From IMG/VR virus record IMGVR_UViG_3300013426_000010, positions 1 to 43,570 of that record: a stretch of 43,570 bases of DNA. The stretch is one strand, 5' to 3'. This document shows positions 32,811 through 41,700 of this stretch, piece after piece (position 1 is the stretch's first letter; every line of letters begins with the position of its first letter). The notes beneath the pieces were generated by a model. The model saw only the letters and a program-made list of their open reading frames with translations, did not search any database and was not told the DNA's origin. Position numbers and translations under genes: made by a program. Source of the DNA: a virus.

Positions 32811-34100
32811 ATGGCATTACTCAAAATATACAATGACATCGTGACCGAGGACGATAAGTTTTGGTATTCTTGGTTTGGTGGCGATGGTGTCTGCTACAAG
32901 GACATTGATACGTTTGCTGCATCAATCCCGAAAGATGATGATACAATCGACATGCGGTTGTTCTGCAATGGTGGCAACGTGGTCGAGGGCTGGGCTATTT
33001 ATGACCGACTGAGACTGAGCGGTAAGAAAATTACCTGCACCATCGAGGGCAAGGCGTGTTCGATGGCTACCATCATCATGCTTGCCGCACCAAAGGAAGA
33101 CCGACACGCTTACGAGAATGCGGCTATCATGGTGCATAACCCTTGGATTCCCTGCTGGGCGCTTGGCGAGAAGGTTGGCGCAAAGGAACTGCAAAACTCA
33201 GCCGAGGAAATGAAGATGTGGCAGGATAAGATGGTTGACTTGTACGTTGAGCGTTGCGGCTGCGACCGTGGGGAGATTCAAGAACTCATGGACAAGGATA
33301 TTTTCATCAATGTTGACCGTGCTATCGAACTGGGATTGGTGGCTGACAAGTTAAGTCCGATTTCCGCAAGTGCAGGTGGAAGTAGTATTATTTCAAATAT
33401 TAATAAAAATCCAAAAGCAATGGCAAAGGGAAAAGAAACAAAAATCGAAGTTAAGGGTTCTTTGCTCAATCAGATTCTTGCAAAGCTAGGAATCAAGGCA
33501 GAGGGCGGCGATGGTGGCTCTGCCGAGGGTGGAGACGGTGGCGCAGAAGGCGCAAGCGAGGACGCTCAGAGCATGGAACTGGAGACCGAGGACGGTCAGA
33601 CCATTACCGTAGAACGTGAGGAAGGCGAGCCGCAGGTTGGCGACAAGGCTAGTCCCGATGGCACTTTCAAGATGCCAGACGGAAAGACCATCACCATCAA
33701 GGACGGAGAAATCACCGACATTCAGACTGAGAGCGATGGCGGAGAAGGTTCTTCCGAGGGTGGCAGTTCCGAGGGCTCGGCATCCGATGATGATGCAGTG
33801 GCAATGTTGCAGAAGCAGGTTGGCGACCTGACCGCCGAGCGTGACGACTTGAAGGCAAAGTTGGAGAAGGCGGAAGCCAACGCAAAGACCAAGGAAGAGC
33901 GCAGAATCTTGAATGCCGTCAAGATGGCTGGAGGTGCCGACAAGGTTCTTGGAAATATTTCAAGCAACTATCAGCCAGAGCAGCGCAAGCCTAGTGGCAA
34001 GAACGCTAGCGAGAAGGCTGATGCCCAGGCACGCATTGACGCAGGCGCAAAGGCAATACTCGCCAACTTGAACGGCGGCAACAAGCCCGAGGGTAAGTAA
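32811..34100 (+). CDS. Prohead protease of the ClpP/S14 family fused to an acidic scaffold-like C-terminal region
   Basis: IDMRLFCNGGNVVEGWAIYDRLRLSGKKITCTIEGKACSMATIIMLAA...IMVHNPW are the ClpP-family Ser/His blocks. The C-terminal half is G/E/D/S-rich followed by a coiled coil. Confidence 0.8.
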   Translation: MALLKIYNDIVTEDDKFWYSWFGGDGVCYKDIDTFAASIPKDDDTIDMRLFCNGGNVVEGWAIYDRLRLSGKKITCTIEGKACSMATIIMLAAPKEDRHAYENAAIMVHNPWIPCWALGEKVGAKELQNSAEEMKMWQDKMVDLYVERCGCDRGEIQELMDKDIFINVDRAIELGLVADKLSPISASAGGSSIISNINKNPKAMAKGKETKIEVKGSLLNQILAKLGIKAEGGDGGSAEGGDGGAEGASEDAQSMELETEDGQTITVEREEGEPQVGDKASPDGTFKMPDGKTITIKDGEITDIQTESDGGEGSSEGGSSEGSASDDDAVAMLQKQVGDLTAERDDLKAKLEKAEANAKTKEERRILNAVKMAGGADKVLGNISSNYQPEQRKPSGKNASEKADAQARIDAGAKAILANLNGGNKPEGK

Positions 34101-34131
34101 CAAGCATTTTAATCAAACTAGTATTTAAGTT

Positions 34132-35199
34132 ATGGCAAAATTCGACAAGAAATTATTTGAGAGTTTCAAGCTAGAGCCAGAGAACGTTGAGTCCATCAAG
34201 ACGGCTATCAATCTGACCGCCTACACAAAGCAAGACCTAGCTCAGTTCGTCACTCTTACCAAGGTGGAGGAAAATGAGCCAGTTGCATTCCTCGGTAGCA
34301 TGGAGGACGTAGGCAAGTCTGGAAGCGGTTGCGACCCTACCTATGAGGAGAAGGGTATCGCTAACTCGATGAAGCGCTGGAAACTCGGCGACTGGCAGAT
34401 TCCGCTGAAAATCTGCTATGAATCCATGTTCGGCACAATCTCCGAGTATGCCTTGAAGAAGGGCACGGACATTGCAGACCTTGACGGTACGGACATTATG
34501 ACCATCTACACACAGAAGTTACAGGAAGCTATCACTTCCATGCGCTGGCGTATGGTTTGGCTCGGAGATACCGCGGCGCAGAACGTAACCGATGGTGGCA
34601 AGATTACCGATAACGTCAGCACTGACCTTTTCGATACTTGCGATGGTCTTTGGAAGCGAATCTTCGCTATCTGTCAGAGTTCAAGCAAGCAACTGACCGC
34701 CATCGATGCCAACAAGAAAACCACACCTGCAGAGCAGCGTGCTGCGGCTCTCGCTGATGGCTACATGACCGGATTGGTCGACCAGATGCTGATGGACGTG
34801 GATTCCCGAATCCTCGATGATAAGGATTCCGTGCTGGTAATGACCCGTTCCATGGCGATGGCTTTCGAGTATGACCTTAAGGAGCAATATAAGATTATCC
34901 TTCCATGGGAGAAGGTGGAGAACGGCATGAACACGACCATGTACAACGGCATCAAGATTGCTCGTTGCTCTGTATGGGACCGCCAGTTATCCGCTTACGA
35001 GAAGGGTTCGGCAACGGTGAACCTTCCTTATCGTGCATTGTTCGTGAACAAAAAGCAGCTCATGGCTGGAAGTCCAGACAACTTTATGAGCCAGCTTGAC
35101 GTTTGGTTCGACAAGAAGGAGCGCAGAAACTACATTTATGCCACTGGCAAGATGGGAACCCAGACCTTGGAGGATGATATGATTCACGCAATGTACTAA
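34132..35199 (+). CDS. Major capsid protein (inferred)
   Basis: 355 aa, directly downstream of the prohead protease, which is the usual HK97-type arrangement. No motif-level proof. Confidence 0.6.
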   Translation: MAKFDKKLFESFKLEPENVESIKTAINLTAYTKQDLAQFVTLTKVEENEPVAFLGSMEDVGKSGSGCDPTYEEKGIANSMKRWKLGDWQIPLKICYESMFGTISEYALKKGTDIADLDGTDIMTIYTQKLQEAITSMRWRMVWLGDTAAQNVTDGGKITDNVSTDLFDTCDGLWKRIFAICQSSSKQLTAIDANKKTTPAEQRAAALADGYMTGLVDQMLMDVDSRILDDKDSVLVMTRSMAMAFEYDLKEQYKIILPWEKVENGMNTTMYNGIKIARCSVWDRQLSAYEKGSATVNLPYRALFVNKKQLMAGSPDNFMSQLDVWFDKKERRNYIYATGKMGTQTLEDDMIHAMY

Positions 35200-35281
35200 T
35201 CGTTCCAAGTCTTCAACTATTCCTCGCCACTCATTCAAGGGTGGTGAGGATATTGTTTAACAACACAAAAATCTTATAATT

Positions 35282-35881
35282 ATGGCAGTTACAACATGTG
35301 AGAGCCTTATTTCGCAGGATATTGCAGTTGCTTGCGCAGACCAAGTTACTAAGGGTTTGGAGAGTGACGGCATCATCATCAACCGAGGAGACATCGATTT
35401 TTCGAAGACCGTATTCGACGAAGATAATCCTTGCATCATCAAGCAGCTTGTTTTGAAGAAGGGCAAGAAAGCGTATGCAATCCGTCAAGATGGAAACACT
35501 CCGTTCACTGGCACCAAGACCGAGTTGAATGTGGGTACTTATCGCAACACTTGGAACAGCGAGGTCGCTATCATTGTTTTGGCTAACACACCAGATGTGT
35601 GTGCTAACATCGTGGACGGACTTGCGAACGGTAAGTATGTGGTTATCCTTCGCAATATTTCGAAGGGCGCAGACGGAAAGGGCGAGTTCCAGGTTTACGG
35701 CTATGCGCAGGGCTTGAAGGCAAGCGCAGGAACAAATGAGAAATATTCCGATGATACCGAGGGCGGCTGGCTCATTACCTTGCAAGAGGAGAAGGCACCG
35801 AAGGCGGCTTATTTCCTGTTCAACACAGACACCGAGACAACAACGGCAGCTTACGAGGCTCTTTTGACTTCAGGCGAGTGA
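35282..35881 (+). CDS. Structural protein, 199 aa (major tail or head-decoration candidate)
   Basis: Assigned by position and beta-rich composition only. Confidence 0.4.
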   Translation: MAVTTCESLISQDIAVACADQVTKGLESDGIIINRGDIDFSKTVFDEDNPCIIKQLVLKKGKKAYAIRQDGNTPFTGTKTELNVGTYRNTWNSEVAIIVLANTPDVCANIVDGLANGKYVVILRNISKGADGKGEFQVYGYAQGLKASAGTNEKYSDDTEGGWLITLQEEKAPKAAYFLFNTDTETTTAAYEALLTSGE

Positions 35882-35979
35882 ACTTGTATTAATCAAGGGT
35901 ACTGGCTAAACTCTTATGGTTGGAAAAACTCCGATGCTTGGAGAGACCAGCCGATTTACAACTTTTAAATTCGTGAGTT

Positions 35980-36507
35980 ATGACATATTCAGAAGCAAAG
36001 GAAGCGGTCGAGAAGTTGCAAGGCAAGATGGACGCATCTTTCTCGAACGCAGACAAGAAAAAAATCGAGGAACTTTACTTTGAGGTCCTTCGCAAGACTT
36101 TTGTACATACATCGTGCCAGCAGTGTTACCATGATGCGGTTATTGAGATGCTTGTATACATGCGCAAGTATCGCAAACTTAAGACAAAGTGCAATTACCG
36201 CATGCGTGCTGGCTTCATTATTTCGTGCCCAGACTTCTATGCTGGTAAGATTTTCACCAACGACAACCTTACAGACAAGGTCGCAAAGGAGTACTTGGAG
36301 AAATACCCGAAGCAGGAAAGTATGTTCTCTGAGATTCCCGAGGAGGAGTTAATCGAAAATAAGGAAAATTCGGATGGCACTCCTGCCACTGGTGGGGATG
36401 GGGATTCTTCGGATCATGATGATTCGGAAGGAAAGAGCGATGATTCCGACCCCGACAAGGGCGATAAAGCGCCTTCCAACGGCGGCAACGATGATGAGGA
36501 TGAGTAA
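35980..36507 (+). CDS. Hypothetical protein with strongly acidic low-complexity C-terminus
   Basis: 175 aa. The tail reads GGDGDSSDHDDSEGKSDDSDPDKGDKAPSNGGNDDEDE. Confidence 0.5.
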   Translation: MTYSEAKEAVEKLQGKMDASFSNADKKKIEELYFEVLRKTFVHTSCQQCYHDAVIEMLVYMRKYRKLKTKCNYRMRAGFIISCPDFYAGKIFTNDNLTDKVAKEYLEKYPKQESMFSEIPEEELIENKENSDGTPATGGDGDSSDHDDSEGKSDDSDPDKGDKAPSNGGNDDEDE

Positions 36508-36535
36508 TTAATCAATCTTATGGAGATACTGGCAC

Positions 36536-37723
36536 ATGAACGTTAAGACTACGAAGAAACCGAAACCACGCATTGACATTGGCTATGTTAGTCGATTCAA
36601 GATGCAGGCTTACGGAAACAACAATCTTTATCCGCAGAATATTTCTGCGATAGCCAAGGCGAGCGGCACCGCTGAACTTTGCATCGACCGCTATGCTAAG
36701 TTTATCGAGGGGTACGGATTCAACTCTGAGCAACTATCTGAGACCATCGTCAACCGCCATGACCGCACGGCTGACGACTTGTTGCATGATGTTGCCGCAG
36801 ACATAGCCCGATACGGTGGTTTTGCCCTTCACGTCAACTATAATGTTCTTTGTCAGATTACCGAGGTTAATTTTGTTCCGTTCGAGAATTGCAGACTAGG
36901 GGAAGAGGACGAAAGGGGACGTGTCGAGGAAATATTGGTGCATCCCGACTGGACGCAGAAGAAAACCCGAAACGGTCAATATCTGAGGGTTGACGAGCAG
37001 ACGGTTAAGCGCATAAAGGTTTTCAACCCCGACCCTGCGATTGTCGAGCGTGAGATTGAGGAAGCTGGCGGCATCGAGTTCTACAAAGGGCAGATTGCTT
37101 GGTGTTCCATGGATGGAGCCCAGACGTACCCGACCCCGATTTATGATTCCGTTATAACTGAGATTTCCACGGACGAGGGACTAGGGAACGTAAAATATCG
37201 CAACGTGAGAAATAACTTCTTGGTTGCTTGTATGCTCATTTACAAGAAGGGCGTTCCAAAGTATAACCCAGAGACAGACGAGGAGGTTGACGATGGTTCA
37301 ATGATTTCCGATGAGGACTTGAAGCAATTCCAGGGGGACGAGAATACATCTAAAATTCTTGCCGTTGAACTGGAGAATGACGAGGACAAACCCGAGGTGG
37401 TTGCCTTTCCTACAAAGAACTACGACAAGGAGTTTACGGTTACAGACGCAAGTGTCGTGGAACGCATCTATGCCCAGTTTCATCAAGAACTTTTCTATGC
37501 AATCCGCATGGGTAAGTTGGGCTTCAGTGGGCAGGTAATGCGTGATGCTTACGAATACTATGCTGGCGAGGTTACAAACGAGCAACGTTTCATTCAACGC
37601 ATCATGGAAAAGATTTTCGAGCACTGGCACGACCCTTCGTTGGCATCCATGGATTTCACCCTGCAACCATTGAAGTATATCAGTAGCGAGAATGTTGACA
37701 ACAATTCAATCGAGAATGAATAA
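36536..37723 (+). CDS. Portal protein candidate
   Basis: 395 aa, the only head-module ORF of portal-like size. LLHDVAADIARYGGFALHVNY resembles a portal conserved block. Its position after the capsid gene is atypical. Confidence 0.45.
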   Translation: MNVKTTKKPKPRIDIGYVSRFKMQAYGNNNLYPQNISAIAKASGTAELCIDRYAKFIEGYGFNSEQLSETIVNRHDRTADDLLHDVAADIARYGGFALHVNYNVLCQITEVNFVPFENCRLGEEDERGRVEEILVHPDWTQKKTRNGQYLRVDEQTVKRIKVFNPDPAIVEREIEEAGGIEFYKGQIAWCSMDGAQTYPTPIYDSVITEISTDEGLGNVKYRNVRNNFLVACMLIYKKGVPKYNPETDEEVDDGSMISDEDLKQFQGDENTSKILAVELENDEDKPEVVAFPTKNYDKEFTVTDASVVERIYAQFHQELFYAIRMGKLGFSGQVMRDAYEYYAGEVTNEQRFIQRIMEKIFEHWHDPSLASMDFTLQPLKYISSENVDNNSIENE

Positions 37724-38286
37724 TGAAGCAAGTAGACAGAATACCATTGATTACGGTTGAGCAGTTCAGAACACTTGCAAGACCAACGAGTGCACACCTT
37801 GACGAGGGCGATGTGCTTAGCTTTGTTCGTGAGTGCGAGGATGAGAAAATCATCCCAGCAATAGGTTGGGCTAACTTCAAGTCTTCCATCGGGCTGAGAG
37901 AATGGGATAGCACATTCGACACTTCTTTCATTCCCGATTTGTTCCTTGATGGCGGCGAGTGGTCTAGGGAGGAAGTCGATGAGCACGGAGACAAATACGA
38001 CAAGTTGTATTTCTGCAATGGGGTGCGCAAGGCACTTGCATATTTTGCGTATGCGAAGATATTGCGTGCCGATGGTACAATTATAGCCCGAGCAGGTTCA
38101 ATGCGTCACAGAGACGATTATTCAGACCATATCGAGGAACCTCAGCTAAGGCAGTACAATGACGTAATGAACATGGCTGAACGTTATTTGGCTGAATGCC
38201 TTCAATATCTGAAAGTACATAAAAAAAGCAGGCAGATTTCCCCAGTTCGTGGAACTAGGGCTAGAGTGCATGCAATAGGAGACTAA
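37723..38286 (+). CDS. Head-tail connector/adaptor-like protein (gp6-like)
   Basis: ITVEQFRTLARPTSAHLDEGDVLSFVRECEDEKIIPAIG fits the N-terminal pattern of gp6-like head-tail connectors. The start shares one nt with the upstream stop. Confidence 0.4.
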   Translation: MKQVDRIPLITVEQFRTLARPTSAHLDEGDVLSFVRECEDEKIIPAIGWANFKSSIGLREWDSTFDTSFIPDLFLDGGEWSREEVDEHGDKYDKLYFCNGVRKALAYFAYAKILRADGTIIARAGSMRHRDDYSDHIEEPQLRQYNDVMNMAERYLAECLQYLKVHKKSRQISPVRGTRARVHAIGD

Positions 38287-38291
38287 AGCGT

Positions 38292-38519
38292 ATGGCAGAG
38301 AGCACAAAGACGATTTCCCAGTTGCGTGAGGTGGCTCAGAAGGTTAAGAACGAAACCGAGGTGGGCGGCAACACTGCCGTTCGTGTCGGTGGGCTTTTCG
38401 AGGACATTGTGAACCATATAGGCGAACACGAAGATAAGTTGGCTATTCTTGGAGAAAGTGAGTACAATACGATAACCAAGAACCCTAACAAGATTTATTT
38501 CGTCTACGAGGACGAGTAA
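38292..38519 (+). CDS. Hypothetical small protein
   Basis: 75-aa ORF preceding the RBP gene. Confidence 0.45.
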   Translation: MAESTKTISQLREVAQKVKNETEVGGNTAVRVGGLFEDIVNHIGEHEDKLAILGESEYNTITKNPNKIYFVYEDE

Positions 38520-38525
38520 AAGCCT

Positions 38526-38699
38526 ATGATTAGTGCAGAGGGAAAGCAAATTGCGATAATTCATGCCGGTGGTAAGGTTATCGCCGCCGTGTACCATGGG
38601 GCACGGCTTATATGGCAAGCGGTCCGTTCTTGTTTCGGGAGCGGACGCTGGATAAATGAAAAACCATGGCTAAATGCAGAAGCATGGAAAAATAACTAA
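38526..38699 (+). CDS. 57-aa Trp-rich small protein (below the ORF-track cutoff)
   Basis: My translation: MISAEGKQIAIIHAGGKVIAAVYHGARLIWQAVRSCFGSGRWINEKPWLNAEAWKNN. The stop is 14 nt before the RBP ATG. Confidence 0.4.
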   Translation: MISAEGKQIAIIHAGGKVIAAVYHGARLIWQAVRSCFGSGRWINEKPWLNAEAWKNN

Positions 38700-38713
38700 A
38701 CAATATATCAAGC

Positions 38714-41700
38714 ATGACAAAAGTTTATGACGGAAAGATTGACCTCAGCACAGATTGGGGTGGAGATTCCAGCACTGGCAATCTACCAGTTGCTGGCGGT
38801 CGTGTGCAGGAACTAATCAAGAGCACATTCGCAAAGAAAGGCGGATATGTGCAAGTGAAAGACAAGAAGTTTCTGCAAATCTTTGCAGATGAAGCGTCAG
38901 CAAAGAAATACAATTCAGATAGTGATAAATATGCGGACTTGCTTATCTCGCAAGTTCAGCTTCCTAACACTGGAGCAACGCAAGCCACGATGAAGGTAAG
39001 CGTTCTTTCCATTCCTTCCGAGTATTCCACCAAGGGACGTTCGGAAGTATTCTCATTTCGGTACAATTCGTACTATGAAAACGAGGAGGATTTCTCGCAG
39101 GTTAGCGGATCATGTGTTGTATATGTTAACAACGTTCAGCGTGAGCGCATTTCCTTGCGTGCTGGTAACACCTACACCATCGATGTTAGCAAATATCTGA
39201 CTGATGGCACGAACGAGGTTAAGTTTACCATTGACAATGCCGAGCAGAGCAAGCGTAATTACGTGTACGAGGTTCAAATGGTGAACTTGAAGGTTGTATC
39301 TGACTTTGACTATATCGCCGCATACAACGGAGATATTCCATTTACATACACACCTATCGGCAACATATTGAAAACCGTACATATCGTGATGGATGGCGAG
39401 GAAATCCATTCCGAGGAGACTGAGGTCAATAATCGCCAGTTGTCTTTCGAGATTCCTGCGCAATCCCACGGTGCCCATACGCTGGAGGTATATTTGACCG
39501 CAACAATCCAAGACATCGCACTGGAGAGCGAGCGTCTTAAGTATTCTGTTATCTGCATCGAGGAGGGTAACGAAACCCCTATCATCGCAAGTAACATGGA
39601 AAGGGTGGAGATGAATCAGTACGAATCCGTAAATATACCTTTCGTGGTCTATGCCCCTTTGAATAATCCTGCGGAAATCACTCTGAGAATAAACAAAAGC
39701 GTGGTTGCAACACGCCAAGTTGACCGCACGCAACAGACATGGATTTACAAGGCTTTGGAGGTTGGCGGCGGCATGATGGAAATCAAGTGCCGTGACGTAT
39801 CGAAATCTTTGCCTTTGACCGTTAACGAATCAATCATCACTTCCAAGGCTGAAACACAGAATCTTGAATTGTTCCTAACATCGCAGGGAAGAAGTAACCA
39901 AGATGCCAACAAGGAGACATGGGAAAACAACGGCATCAAAGTAGCCTTCGAAGGAATGAACTATACGACAAACGGCTGGGTTGTTGATTCTGACGGCAAT
40001 ACTGCAATGCGTCTAAGTGGTGGTGCGACCATGGAGATACCTTTGCTGTTGTTCTCCAAGGACATTCGACAGACGGGAAAGACCATCGAGCTAGAGTTTG
40101 CGGTAAGGCAGGTTACTGATTATACAAGCGTGGTTCTTTCATGCTTGCAAGGCGGCATTGGCTTGGAACTGACCCCGAACACCATCATGCTAACGAGCGA
40201 GCAGTCTTCCATGGAAACCAAGTACAAGGAGGACGAGCGTGTCCGTGTGTCTTTCGTGATTGAGAAGAGAGCCAACAATCGACTGATGCAGATTTACATC
40301 AATGGAATTAAGTCTCAATCCGTCCAATATCCAGACAACGATGGATTCATGCAGGCTTCGCCAGTTGGCATCACTGCGAACTCTGATGCCGCTACGCTTG
40401 ACATCTACAACATTCGTGTATACTCAAATAACTTGAAGTCTCAGCAGCTTCTAGACAACTATATTGCGGACTTGGATGACATCGAGAAGAAGATGGCTAT
40501 ATTCAAGCGCAACCAAGTTTATGATACCTACGGAAACCTTAGCTACAACGCATTGCTGGAGCAGATTCCGTGCCTTACCATCACTGGCGAGTTATCCCAG
40601 TACAAGGGCGACAAGAAGACCGTGAGCATCGAGTATGTAGACAAGAATCATCCCGATAAGAGTTTTACGGCTGATGGTGTCGTTCTGAATGTGCAAGGTA
40701 CGTCTTCGCAGTATTACCCACGAAAGAACTACAAAGGGCAATTTAAGAAAGGCTTCGACATGACAGAGAGCGGTCAGCATGAGGATGCTTTTACGTTGGA
40801 CGAGGATGCTGTTTTGCCTGCCGTTAACTTCTGCTGGAAGGCTGATTTTGCGGAATCTAGCGGAACGCACAACACTGGCTTGGCTAACTATATTGGGTGG
40901 ATGCTGAAACAAGCTGGCATCTTGACAGAGCCACAAAAGAAGAACGCTTTGATACGTACCACGGTGTACGGAGAGCCTTGCTTGATTTTCCATCGTGCGA
41001 GCGCAGGGGAGACACCTCAATTTATCGGCAAGTACAATTTCAACACAGACAAGAGTGCCGAGAACACTTTTGGCTTTGCCGATGGGGATGAATCATGGGA
41101 GTTCTCTAACAATACTAGCGACCGTTCTTTGTTCCGTTCTGCGGACTTCGATGGGGATGCTTGGAAGAATGACTTCGAGGGACGTTATCCTGATGGCAAC
41201 GAGGATATTTCGCACATGAAGGAAGTATTCGCATGGGTGGTTTCTTGCAAGGATGATTTGGAAAAGTTCAAGAATGAATTCGATGAGCACTTCGATAAGA
41301 AAACGCTCATTTTCTACTATCTGATTACATTGGTTTTCGGAATGGTTGACCAGAGAGCGAAAAACCAGTTCCTTACTTACTACAGTGGCGGCAAGTGGCT
41401 TTTCATTTTCTACGATAATGATACCGTTTTCGGCATCAACAACGAGGGTGCAATCGAGTTTAGCTATAATATCGAGATACATGATGTTATCGGTAACTTG
41501 AATGCCTACAACGGAGCGAATTCCCTTCTTTGGGAATTGGTGGAGCAAGCGTTTGCGGGCGATATTAAATCCTTGTATCAAGATTTGCGTCAAAAGGGCA
41601 TCTTAAGCTACGACAACGTGATTAAGTACTGCAACACACGTCAAAGTGACAAGTGGTGCGAAGCGGTTTATAACGAGGATGGTTACTATAAGTACGAATC

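Noticed and set aside
39110-41593. Minus-strand track ORFs 39110..39733, 40592..41020 and 41093..41593 as genes
   Set aside because: They lie antisense inside the long open RBP frame, which has recognisable domain motifs. Their translations are low-complexity and motif-free.
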